From Syntrophaceae bacterium UBA6078 (GTDB lineage: Bacteria > Desulfobacterota > Syntrophia > Syntrophales > UBA2210): a stretch of DNA of 64,000 nucleotides. The notes beneath the pieces were generated by a model. The model had not been told where the DNA came from, did no database searches, and was given only the letters and a program-made list of their open reading frames with translations. Numbering within the stretch: position 1 is the stretch's first letter; each line of letters starts with the position of its first letter. Positions 49,378 to 58,748 of the stretch are shown piece after piece. The position numbers and the translations under genes were made by a program. Where the stretch lies: contig DIXO01000001.1 of NCBI GenBank assembly GCA_002428735.1, positions 57,580-121,579 on the forward strand, read 5' to 3'.

Positions 49378-49660
49378 CTGTGCACGGACTCGATCTGGGC
49401 GTTCGGTTGGGCGGCCTTGATCACGGGGTGGTCGCAGGCGCTTTCATGGAGCTGCTCCCTTTTTCCTGTATTCAATTATCCCGAATCCTGTAACCAGGCA
49501 TACAGAGACAATCCGGCCTTCCGGAACCATTCCCGGTCATTCCATCCTTCAGCCCCGCCTCAGCATTTACACCTTGACAGGAAGGGGTGACTTTTCTATA
49601 CTGCGCTCCGCCTTACAGACAGTTTTTCACAAAGGGACACCACAGGAAGGACGACGCCGT

Positions 49661-52600
49661 ATGCCCCCACGCACAGATATACACAAGGTACTTATCATTG
49701 GATCAGGGCCCATTATCATCGGCCAGGCCTGCGAATTTGACTATTCGGGGACACAGGCGTGCAAGGCGCTCAAGAAACTGGGGTACGAGATTGTCCTCGT
49801 CAACTCCAATCCCGCCACCATCATGACCGATCCTGGAATGGCTGACGCGACCTATGTCGAGCCCCTGAACACCCGGCGTCTTGAAGAAATTATCGAGAAG
49901 GAACGTCCCGACGCGATCCTTCCCAATCTGGGGGGGCAGTCGGGGCTCAATCTGACATCGGAACTCGCGCGCAAGGGAATTCTCGAAAAGTACGCAGTGG
50001 AGATCATCGGTGTCAATATCGACGCCATTGAACGGGGCGAGGACCGTATCGCGTTCAAAAAGACCATGGACGGTCTCGGCATTGAGATGCCGAAAAGCAA
50101 GCCCGCCTACAGCGTGGAAGAGGCGGAGCAGATCGCCGAAGAGCTGGGGTATCCGGTGGTGATCCGGCCGGCATACACCATGGGAGGAACCGGAGGCGGG
50201 CTGGTGTATAACAAGGAAGAACTCCAGACCATCGCCGGCAGAGGAATCGCGGCAAGTCTGATCGGCCAGATCCTCGTCGAGGAATCGGTCCTCGGATGGG
50301 AAGAGCTGGAACTGGAGGTGGTCCGGGATGCCAAGAACCAGATGATCACCGTCTGCTTCATAGAAAACGTCGACGCCATGGGCGTCCATACCGGCGACTC
50401 ATTCTGTACTGCCCCCATGATGACCATCTCCCCCGAACTGCAGGAGCGTCTCCAGAAATACTCATACGATATCGTCGAGGCCATCCAGGTCATCGGCGGT
50501 ACGAACGTGCAGTTCGCCCATAATCCGGAAACCGGGCGGGTCGTGGTCATCGAGATCAATCCGCGGACATCACGCTCCTCAGCCCTGGCATCCAAGGCGA
50601 CGGGATTCCCCATCGCCCTCATCTCATCCATGCTGGCGGCGGGGCTGACCCTGGACGAGATACCGTACTGGAAAGAGGGAACCTTGGACAGATACACCCC
50701 CTCGGGCGAGTACGTGGTTGCCAAATTTCCCCGATGGGCCTTTGAAAAATTCGAAGGGGCCATCGACGAACTCGGGACGCAGATGCGCGCCGTGGGAGAG
50801 GTCATGAGCATCGGGAAGACGTACAAGGAGGCCCTGCAGAAGGCCGTCCGATCCCTCGAGATCAACCGCTATGGTCTCGGCTTTGCGAGGGATTTTCATG
50901 AACGCTCCCTCGACGAGTTGATGAGTCTCCTCTCCAGGCCGACGAGCGAACGGCAGTTCATCATGTACGAGGCCCTCCGCAAGGGGGCCCGCGTGGAGGA
51001 CATCCAGGCGAAGACCCATATCAAGGCGTGGTTCATCGAGCAGATGAAAGAGCTGGTCGAACGGGAAGAAGAAATCCTCCGCTGCCAGGGAGGCGTTTTC
51101 CCTGACGACTTGATGATCCAGGCGAAGAAGGACGGATTCGCTGACCGGTATCTTGCCAGACTGCTCGCCATACCGGAAGGTGAAATACGGAAACGCCGCA
51201 TATCCATGGGCGTCACGGAGGGATGGGAGCCGGTCCCCGTGAGCGGCGTCGAGGACGCGGCATACTATTTCTCAACTTACAATGCGCCCGACAGGGTGCT
51301 CTCGACCGACAGAAAGAAGATCATCGTTCTCGGCGGGGGGCCGAACAGGATCGGCCAGGGGATTGAGTTCGATTACTGCTGTGTACACGCCGCCTTCGCC
51401 ATCAAGGATGAGGGGTTCGAAGCCATCATGGTAAACTGCAATCCCGAGACGGTATCCACCGACTATGACACCTCGAACAGGCTCTACTTCGAGCCGCTGA
51501 CGGTGGAAGACGTCCTGAGTATCTATGAGAAGGAAAAACCTGAAGGGGTCATCGTGCAGTTCGGCGGCCAGACTCCCCTGAATATCGCGAACGAACTTGC
51601 TGAAGCGGGGGTGAGGATCATAGGAACCTCTCCGGAAATGATCGACCTGGCCGAAGACCGGGATCGCTTCCGGAAGGTAATGGAAAAACTCGGGATACCG
51701 GAACCGAAATCGGGGATGGCAAGCACCATAGGGGAGGCCCTCGTCATCGCACAGGAGATCGGGTATCCATTGATGGTGAGACCTTCATACGTCCTGGGAG
51801 GGCGCGGGATGGAAGTGGTCCACGATGAGGACATGCTGAGACGCTACCTCGCCGCCGCCGTCGATGTCACCCCCGAGAGACCCGTCCTGATCGACAAGTT
51901 CCTGGAGAATGCCATCGAGGTGGAGGCCGACGCCATCTCCGACGGAACGGATGTCTTTATTCCCTCTATTATGGAGCATATCGAGCTGGCGGGGGTCCAT
52001 TCGGGAGACTCCGCGTGCGCAATTCCCCCCGTCAGCCTGTCGGACGCCGCCATCGCCACGATCTCTGAATACACAAGAAAGATCGCACGGGAGCTGCGCG
52101 TGGTGGGGTTGATGAACATCCAGTACGCCATCATGGATGATGTTGTTTACATCCTCGAGGCAAATCCCCGGGCATCCCGGACGGTGCCGCTGGTTTCAAA
52201 GGTCTGCAACATATCGATGGCGAGGATTGCCACGCAGCTCATGCTGGGAAAGAAACTGAAAGACCTCCGTCTGGAGAAGAAGGCCTTACGACATTTCGGC
52301 GTCAAGGAGGCCGTTTTTCCCTTTAATATGTTCCCGGAGGTCGACCCCCTCCTGGGGCCGGAAATGCGCTCGACGGGAGAAGTCCTGGGGATGGCAGATT
52401 CGTTCGGTCTGGCCTTCTTCAAGGCCCAGGAGGCCACCGGTCAGGGCCTTCCCGAAGCGGGGACCGTTCTCATCACCGCCTATGATGACGATAAAAAAGC
52501 AATCCTCAATGTGGCACGGGAATTCCAGAGGCTTGGTTTCTCCCTGAAAACCACCAGGGGAACGAACCGGTTTCTGGCGGAGCACGGGGTCTCCTCGGAC

Positions 52601-52861
52601 GTGATACTCAAGATGCACGAAGGCCGGCCCAATATTACCGACGGGATAAAAAACCATGAAATCCATCTCGTGATCAACACGCCGAGCGGCAGGATGAGCC
52701 AGCATGACGATTCATATATCAGAAAAACCGCGATCAGATACAAGGTCCCCTACATCACCACGGCAGCCGCGGCCATAGCCGCCGTCAGAGGGATCGCCGC
52801 CACGCGGAAAGACCACGGCCGCGTAAAATCTCTTCAGAGCTACCATCTGGACATGGGTTGA
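49661..52861 (+). CDS. carB: Carbamoyl-phosphate synthase large subunit
   Basis: 1066 aa from the ATG at 49661 (MPPRTDIHKVLIIGSGPIIIGQACEFDYSG), with duplicated ATP-grasp halves and a C-terminal MGS-like domain. Confidence 0.96.
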   Translation: MPPRTDIHKVLIIGSGPIIIGQACEFDYSGTQACKALKKLGYEIVLVNSNPATIMTDPGMADATYVEPLNTRRLEEIIEKERPDAILPNLGGQSGLNLTSELARKGILEKYAVEIIGVNIDAIERGEDRIAFKKTMDGLGIEMPKSKPAYSVEEAEQIAEELGYPVVIRPAYTMGGTGGGLVYNKEELQTIAGRGIAASLIGQILVEESVLGWEELELEVVRDAKNQMITVCFIENVDAMGVHTGDSFCTAPMMTISPELQERLQKYSYDIVEAIQVIGGTNVQFAHNPETGRVVVIEINPRTSRSSALASKATGFPIALISSMLAAGLTLDEIPYWKEGTLDRYTPSGEYVVAKFPRWAFEKFEGAIDELGTQMRAVGEVMSIGKTYKEALQKAVRSLEINRYGLGFARDFHERSLDELMSLLSRPTSERQFIMYEALRKGARVEDIQAKTHIKAWFIEQMKELVEREEEILRCQGGVFPDDLMIQAKKDGFADRYLARLLAIPEGEIRKRRISMGVTEGWEPVPVSGVEDAAYYFSTYNAPDRVLSTDRKKIIVLGGGPNRIGQGIEFDYCCVHAAFAIKDEGFEAIMVNCNPETVSTDYDTSNRLYFEPLTVEDVLSIYEKEKPEGVIVQFGGQTPLNIANELAEAGVRIIGTSPEMIDLAEDRDRFRKVMEKLGIPEPKSGMASTIGEALVIAQEIGYPLMVRPSYVLGGRGMEVVHDEDMLRRYLAAAVDVTPERPVLIDKFLENAIEVEADAISDGTDVFIPSIMEHIELAGVHSGDSACAIPPVSLSDAAIATISEYTRKIARELRVVGLMNIQYAIMDDVVYILEANPRASRTVPLVSKVCNISMARIATQLMLGKKLKDLRLEKKALRHFGVKEAVFPFNMFPEVDPLLGPEMRSTGEVLGMADSFGLAFFKAQEATGQGLPEAGTVLITAYDDDKKAILNVAREFQRLGFSLKTTRGTNRFLAEHGVSSDVILKMHEGRPNITDGIKNHEIHLVINTPSGRMSQHDDSYIRKTAIRYKVPYITTAAAAIAAVRGIAATRKDHGRVKSLQSYHLDMG

Positions 52862-52986
52862 TCAGGGCGTTATTCTTTTGAATGCATTGCCGCGGATGTA
52901 TATGACCCATACCGCGTTCCGCCGCGCCAGGAATGGTTTTTTATTGACCGGTTAAACCCCGCGCGTCAAGGGAAAAGGACCAGACC

Positions 52987-54369
52987 ATGAAATTCATAGA
53001 GGAAAATTGCGGTGTCTTCGGCATCTATTCAACAAGGCCCTGTGCGGACGACATCTACCAGGGGTTGGACTTCCTCCAGCACCGGGGGCAGGAATATTGC
53101 GGCATTTCCACCTTCGACACGGAAATCAACCATATAACCCACCATGGGAGAGTCGCCACGCGATTCACGGGTGAAGAACTGCGAAGGCTGACCGGCATGT
53201 GGGGGATAGGCCACGTAAGCCTGCGGGACCGGCAGCCCATGAAGTGGCTCACCCGCGCCGGGGAGATCGCTGTCGCCTTCAGCGGCAATGTCATCAACTC
53301 ACACGCCCTCCTGGAAGATATGATGAACCGGGGAAAATCGTTTTACAAGGGGTATGACATAGAGATCATCTCCAAGATTATTATCGAGGTGGGGGAGGGG
53401 GATATAGTGAGGGGCATATCAGCCCTTTCCGAAAAGATCCAGGGTTCGTATTCCCTGGCGGTACTGACAGGGGATGGCATTTACGCCTCCCGGGATCTGT
53501 ATGGATTCCGGCCCCTTATTCTTGGCGGAGACTCCGAGCGGCTCGCCGTGAGTTCGGAATCACGAGCCATGCAGAACATGGATATGGAGATTATACGGGA
53601 TGTGGCCCCGGGGGAAATCGTCCTCATCAACAGAGAAGGGATCCAGACGCTGGAGCAGCTCGATTCACCCCGCAGGGCGCACTGCGCCTTTGAATGGGCA
53701 TACACGGCGAGCATCGATTCCATCATAGACGGCGTCTACGTGCAGGAGGCCCGGAACAATCTCGGCGAAAGCCTCGCCCAGAGGGATATTGACGAAGGGG
53801 GGATGGTTGCCGATATCGTCGCGCCCGTTCCCATGTCGGGGATGGGACACGCGCTCGGGTATCACCGGCGATCGAAGATCAGTTATCAGGATGTGTTTCT
53901 CTATAACCGGTATGCCGACCGAAGCTATACCCAGATCACCCAGGTTGCCCGGGAGAAGATGGCCAAGCGCAAGCTGTCCGTCCTTCCCTATGTGAAGGGG
54001 AAAAAGGTTGTCCTCTGCGACGATTCGATCGTCCGGGGAACACAGATCATGAACAAGGTGAAAGACCTCAAAAAGGCGGGAGCGAAGGAGGTCCATGTGC
54101 GAATTGCCTGTCCTCCCCTTATGTATCCCTGCGCCTTCGGAATCTCCACCCGCTCGGGAGGAGAGTTGCTGGCACGGAAACATGTCAAGACGGACGGGAT
54201 CCTGTCCATGGAGCAGTTGATGGATCTTGAGTCATGGGTTGCCCTTACGCTCGGCGCGGATTCCGTCAAGTTCAACACCATGGATGCCTTCGTGGCGTCC
54301 CTCCTCATGCCCCGGGACAGTCTGTGTCTCCAGTGTTTTGACGGGATCATTCCCTCCAAGGCATTATAG
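52987..54369 (+). CDS. purF: Amidophosphoribosyltransferase
   Basis: 460-aa ORF. The Ntn Cys follows a short propeptide (MKFIEEN-CGVFGIY). It has a PRTase motif (VVLCDDSIVRGT) and C-terminal Cys ligands of the Fe-S type. Confidence 0.92.
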   Translation: MKFIEENCGVFGIYSTRPCADDIYQGLDFLQHRGQEYCGISTFDTEINHITHHGRVATRFTGEELRRLTGMWGIGHVSLRDRQPMKWLTRAGEIAVAFSGNVINSHALLEDMMNRGKSFYKGYDIEIISKIIIEVGEGDIVRGISALSEKIQGSYSLAVLTGDGIYASRDLYGFRPLILGGDSERLAVSSESRAMQNMDMEIIRDVAPGEIVLINREGIQTLEQLDSPRRAHCAFEWAYTASIDSIIDGVYVQEARNNLGESLAQRDIDEGGMVADIVAPVPMSGMGHALGYHRRSKISYQDVFLYNRYADRSYTQITQVAREKMAKRKLSVLPYVKGKKVVLCDDSIVRGTQIMNKVKDLKKAGAKEVHVRIACPPLMYPCAFGISTRSGGELLARKHVKTDGILSMEQLMDLESWVALTLGADSVKFNTMDAFVASLLMPRDSLCLQCFDGIIPSKAL

Positions 54370-54381
54370 CATCGCACTCAT

Positions 54382-55281
54382 TCAATCAAAGGAAAGATGG
54401 ACGATCGACAGGGGATCCGCATAATCGTCCACCAGCCTCAGCCCCCAGTGCAGGTGAGGCCCGGTGGATCTCCCCGTTGAACCCACGCGTCCAATAACTG
54501 TCCCCTTTTCGATAACGGTCCCTTCCCTGACAGCGGTCTCCGACAGATGGCAGTAAATGGAGAAGAGACCGATTCCGTGGTTCATGATCACGGTGTTTCC
54601 TGAAAAATAAAGGTCCCGAACCAGGACGACCTTCCCCGTATTGGACGCCTTCACGGGGGTGCCTGCAGGTGAACGGATATCCACGCCCCGATGGCGGGAC
54701 ACAACTTCGTCATTAAAGACCCTCCGGGCGCCGAATACCCCCGTTACCCGGTCATCCACCGGCATGACAAATCCCCCCGTGCCCAGCCAGCCCGGCACGG
54801 ATGTCCCGTATATGCCACGGAGAAGCGCCTGCTCCTCCTGTATCCTTTTGATCTCCGCAGCGGTTGGGCTGGTAAACCGCTGGGCCACCCGTATCGTGCT
54901 TGAAGGGAATGTCCCCGGGGACATGGCAAGCTTGAAGGAAATATCTTTCGGGGCGCCGTGGAATGGTTGGAGATGAACAACGGCATCGTAGGTTCCCGGC
55001 TCCATGTCGAGTCTCAGCACGATGAGGGTAAAATGCTTCAGGCCCTCCCTGTCTGAGGCAAAGGGGTATTCCTTCCCGTCAAAGGATAACAGGGCTGAGG
55101 CAGCCTCGGGCGATACGAGGGTTACCTTGACGACCTCTCCCTGGCTGAGCCTGCGATATTCCGAGTGTATGGCTACCCTTCCCGCATCGGTGGGACTGAT
55201 CACGGAAACGGCGGACGAACGACCGGGGCACAGGATGAGCAGCGCAAGGCAGATAATCAGCAAAGACGCGCGCGTTTTCAT
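54382..55281 (-). CDS. M23 family metallopeptidase (secreted)
   Basis: The ATG at 55281 gives the signal peptide MKTRASLLIICLALLILCPGRSSA. The C-terminal LytM motifs are HRGVDI and GSTGRSTGPHLHW. The track ORF's extra 41 N-terminal codons are unlikely to be translated. Confidence 0.88.
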   Translation of the reverse strand: MKTRASLLIICLALLILCPGRSSAVSVISPTDAGRVAIHSEYRRLSQGEVVKVTLVSPEAASALLSFDGKEYPFASDREGLKHFTLIVLRLDMEPGTYDAVVHLQPFHGAPKDISFKLAMSPGTFPSSTIRVAQRFTSPTAAEIKRIQEEQALLRGIYGTSVPGWLGTGGFVMPVDDRVTGVFGARRVFNDEVVSRHRGVDIRSPAGTPVKASNTGKVVLVRDLYFSGNTVIMNHGIGLFSIYCHLSETAVREGTVIEKGTVIGRVGSTGRSTGPHLHWGLRLVDDYADPLSIVHLSFD

Positions 55282-55540
55282 AGGAATCCTTCTACACCAG
55301 AAAGACACTTTTTTCAAAGGCGTTATAGGGATTTCTCCTCTCATGGACAGCATATACCGCTCATTTTCCCCGGGGAGTGGGGAAAAGAGAGACATCTTCT
55401 CCAATATACCGGTCTGCGAAACAATGGACCATCTCCGGGAAAGCGATGAGAGGATCGGAGAGCATGTACATGGTTAGGGGGGCGTTACCGCATTCTGAAC
55501 ATTTCCGTTTTGATATTGCGGTCAAATGTGGTAGAAGTCT

Positions 55541-55626
55541 CCCTGAGCGAACGCGGACAAAGCCAAGCCGGCAGACCCGGATGCCGTCGGATCAATACAG
55601 ATCGAGAACACGGAGTTCGCTGAGGG
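55541..55626. other. Long-range imperfect inverted repeat enclosing ~60 nt with internal small stems
   Basis: CCCTGAGCGAAC (55541-55552) pairs 11 of 12 with GTTCGCTGAGGG (55615-55626). Internal CGGCA/TGCCG and GATC/GATC stems are present. It lies in the divergent region between the M23 peptidase and lipoprotein genes. Confidence 0.35.
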
Positions 55627-55722
55627 CGATGGGCGCGTGAGCAATACCATCTCCTGCCGGAAAAACGCAGAAAGAAATAGTGTGACAGAGTGAAAAAAAC
55701 AACAAACCAAGAAGGTGCTGTC

Positions 55723-56118
55723 ATGAAAAGAGGGTCTTTGCTGTTGGTTGTGATAGCCTGTGCTTTCATCCTGTCGGGCTGTGCCGCCGCTGTGATAGGA
55801 GGCGCCGCGGTCGGGGGAGGAACAGGGGCGTACTTTTACGTAAACGGTGAACTGAAGACCGATTACCCCTCCTCATTCGACAAGGCGTGGAATGCCTGCG
55901 AGAAGACCGTGGCCTATATGAACGCGACAGACGTGTTCCCGGAGAAAGAGATAAGCAAGGGAACCATACAGGCCATAATCGATGGCGAGCGGGTCCGGTT
56001 TGTCGTGGAATACAAGACGAAGGACCTCACCACCGTGTCCATACGGGTCGGCATCATCGGCAATAAATCGGCGTCGCAACGACTCCACGACAAGGTAGCC
56101 GCGTACCTGTCCGAGTAA
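55723..56118 (+). CDS. Lipoprotein (DUF3568-like)
   Basis: The ATG at 55723 (RBS GAAGGTG) gives MKRGSLLLVVIACAFILSGC, with lipobox LSGC. The mature part is about 110 aa. The family assignment is from memory only. Confidence 0.7.
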   Translation: MKRGSLLLVVIACAFILSGCAAAVIGGAAVGGGTGAYFYVNGELKTDYPSSFDKAWNACEKTVAYMNATDVFPEKEISKGTIQAIIDGERVRFVVEYKTKDLTTVSIRVGIIGNKSASQRLHDKVAAYLSE

Positions 56119-56212
56119 TAGATCCGGAGAGAACCGGTCAGTGAGAGTCCCGTGTCTGCCCCTGACCGGCCCACAGTGGCTCCTGCTTTCATCCAAAGGC
56201 GGCATCCCTATC

Positions 56213-57199
56213 ATGGTAAAAAAATTGTGTTTCGGGATTGCCGTCGGTCTGTTCTTTGTGTATCTCTCATTCAGAGGCGTCGATCCGGGGGGTATTGCCG
56301 ACGGTCTGAAAGGCGTAAAATTTTCCTGTATCCCTCCTGTCCTCTTTCTCCTCGTTTTTATACAGTTCCTCAGATCATACCGGTGGGGCATCATCCTGAA
56401 ACCGATCAGGTCCATCGATCAGGGTTCTCTCTTTTCCGTAACCAGCGTGGGGTTTCTGGCCGTGGTCGCCATCCCTGCCCGGATCGGCGAACTTGCGCGC
56501 CCCTACCTCATCAGCGCAAAGACAGGCGTCAGCATGTCTTCAGCGGTGGGAACAATACTGGTGGAGCGTGTATTTGACGGCCTGAGCGTCCTTGCGATCT
56601 TCTTCGTCGTCGTTCTGCTCATGCCCCTCCCCCCCTGGCTGATCAGGGGAAGCCTCTTCTTTCTTTGCGTAACGCTCGTATTCCTCAGTCTCATGATCTT
56701 GCTCATCTGCAAGAGAGAGGCCACTCTCGGTTTCATTGCGCCTCTCCTGCGGAGACTCCCTGAACGATGGCGCCTCAGAGTGGTTGGTATGATCCATAAC
56801 CTGATCGACGGCTTCAAGATCATTTCAGATACGAGATCCATCTGCTATGTGGCTCTTCTTTCCATCGTCATATGGGTGATCAACGCAGTGGTCATGTACG
56901 TCTTCTTCTTCGCCTTCGGCTTTGATCTCCCCTTCGTGGCGGCCCTGGTTCTTATGATCATCATCATCCTGGGGATCGCCATCCCCACCGCGCCTGGTTT
57001 TATCGGGAACTGGCATTTCTTCTGCATCCTGGGACTGGGCCTGTTCGGCATCCACAAGGCCGACGCCCTCGCCTACGCCATCGTGCTCCATTTCATCAGC
57101 ATGAGCACGATCGCACTGTTGGGAATCATCTTCCTTCCCTTCAACCGGTTTTCTCTGTCCGATATAAAAGGCCGTCTTTCCTCAGGCCATGATGGGTAA
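56213..57199 (+). CDS. UPF0104 / lysyl-PG-synthase-TM-like (flippase-like) integral membrane protein
   Basis: The ATG at 56213 gives MVKKLCFGIAVGLFFVYLSFRGVD..., then ...LRSYRWGIIL..., with about 8 TM helices. This is the typical N-terminal pattern of the family. Confidence 0.7.
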   Translation: MVKKLCFGIAVGLFFVYLSFRGVDPGGIADGLKGVKFSCIPPVLFLLVFIQFLRSYRWGIILKPIRSIDQGSLFSVTSVGFLAVVAIPARIGELARPYLISAKTGVSMSSAVGTILVERVFDGLSVLAIFFVVVLLMPLPPWLIRGSLFFLCVTLVFLSLMILLICKREATLGFIAPLLRRLPERWRLRVVGMIHNLIDGFKIISDTRSICYVALLSIVIWVINAVVMYVFFFAFGFDLPFVAALVLMIIIILGIAIPTAPGFIGNWHFFCILGLGLFGIHKADALAYAIVLHFISMSTIALLGIIFLPFNRFSLSDIKGRLSSGHDG

Positions 57200-57275
57200 T
57201 GTGACTGTATTCAAAGGGGAAAGGAATGTGCGGTGCGGTGAAAGGATTCTTACATTCCGCAAAAAATGAATGCTT

Positions 57276-57310
57276 CCTTCAAAGGCCTTTCGGTAGATTC
57301 CCTTTGAAGG
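57276..57310 (-). terminator. Hairpin between the convergent UPF0104 and activator genes
   Basis: CCTTCAAAGG (57276-57285), 15 nt, then CCTTTGAAGG (57301-57310). On the minus strand it is followed 9 nt later by TTTTTT. Confidence 0.35.
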
Positions 57311-57376
57311 TCCGCCTCTGATCGTATCAGGGAAACAACCGGGGCAGGATGCCGGCGGGGGAAGACGTATGCGCTA

Positions 57377-58741
57377 TCATCCCTTTTGTTTCACTTCATC
57401 GAGTCCGTAGGCCTTGATCTTCTTGTGCAGATTGCTCCGTTCCAGCCCGATGGCCTTGGCCGTTTTCTTGATGTTCCACTTGTTTTCCGCCAGTTTCTGC
57501 GCAATATAGTCTTTCTCAAACTCCTCTTTCGCTCCCCTGAGGGAATCGCCGTCCCCGGAAGAAGCAGCGGGAGCGGCGGCGTGGCTTTCCCTCGAGAGAG
57601 GCGGTATGTCTCCGGCGGTAATGATTTCCGACGGGGATGTGATCGCCAGCCGCTCGATGATATTCTTCAACTCTCTCACGTTCCCGGGCCAGGTGTGCTC
57701 CATGAGAACGGCAAGGGCGGCATCGGCAATATGTTTCTCCGCCTTTGCCTCCTTGAGCGAAAAATCCCTCATGAATCGCCTTGCCAGGAGAGGAACATCC
57801 TCGATCCGTTCTCTCAGCGGGGGAACATGGAGCGGGATAACGTTCAACCGGTAGTACAGGTCCTGCCGGAAGCGCCCCTGCTCCATTTCGTATTCCAGAT
57901 CCTTATTGGTCGCCGCGATCACCCGGACGTCGGTATCGATAATCCGCGTCCCCCCTACCCTCTCGAACTTTTTTTCCTGAAGGATCCGGAGGATCTTTGC
58001 CTGCGCCTTCAGACTCATATCGGCGACCTCGTCAAGAAAAATGGTCCCTTTATTGGCAAGATCGAACTTCCCCCTCTTTTTCTCGGTGGCCCCGGTAAAA
58101 GCACCCTTTTCGTGTCCGAAGAGCTCGCTCTCGATCAACTCTTCGGGGATGGCGGCGCAATTCACCTCTATAAAAGGCTTGTTGGAACGGCTGCTCTGCC
58201 GGTGCAGCGATCGGGCGACGAGTTCCTTCCCCGTGCCATTCTCCCCCATGATCAGGATCCACGCGTTGGTGGGGGCGATGATCTGTATCATCTCCCGCAA
58301 TTCGATGATCACCTTGCTTGCCCCGTCGATATCGTGCAGCTGCCCGTTTTTTAACCGCCTGTTTTCCTCCTCCAGGCGCACGATATCCAGGGCGTGATTG
58401 ACGGCAAGAAGGGTCTTGTCAAGGGACAGGGGCTTCTCCACAAAATCGAAGGCCCCCAGTTTTGTCGTTGTGACCGCCGATTCAACCGTTCCATGTCCGG
58501 ATATCATGATAACCTGCATCTGGGGATATTTCGCCTTGATCCGTTTCAGCGTCTCGACGCCGTCGATTCCCGGAAGCCATATGTCCAGGAGAACGAGGCT
58601 GGGGAGTTCCTCCTCGATCCTGTCGAGACACGCCTCTCCGCTCTGAGCGGTCAGCACCTCGTACCCTTCGTCAGAAAGGATCCCCTTCAATGACTGGCAG
58701 ATAGTCTCTTCATCATCCACAACCAGTATCGTCTCGTTCAT
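57377..58741 (-). CDS. Sigma-54-dependent response regulator (NtrC/NtrX-like)
   Basis: 454-aa ORF with a REC domain (ILVVDDE...VLLDIWLP), Walker A GENGTGKE, GAFTGA and a C-terminal HTH (NIKKTAKAIGLERSNL). Confidence 0.92.
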   Translation of the reverse strand: MNETILVVDDEETICQSLKGILSDEGYEVLTAQSGEACLDRIEEELPSLVLLDIWLPGIDGVETLKRIKAKYPQMQVIMISGHGTVESAVTTTKLGAFDFVEKPLSLDKTLLAVNHALDIVRLEEENRRLKNGQLHDIDGASKVIIELREMIQIIAPTNAWILIMGENGTGKELVARSLHRQSSRSNKPFIEVNCAAIPEELIESELFGHEKGAFTGATEKKRGKFDLANKGTIFLDEVADMSLKAQAKILRILQEKKFERVGGTRIIDTDVRVIAATNKDLEYEMEQGRFRQDLYYRLNVIPLHVPPLRERIEDVPLLARRFMRDFSLKEAKAEKHIADAALAVLMEHTWPGNVRELKNIIERLAITSPSEIITAGDIPPLSRESHAAAPAASSGDGDSLRGAKEEFEKDYIAQKLAENKWNIKKTAKAIGLERSNLHKKIKAYGLDEVKQKG

Positions 58742-58748
58742 GTCTCTC

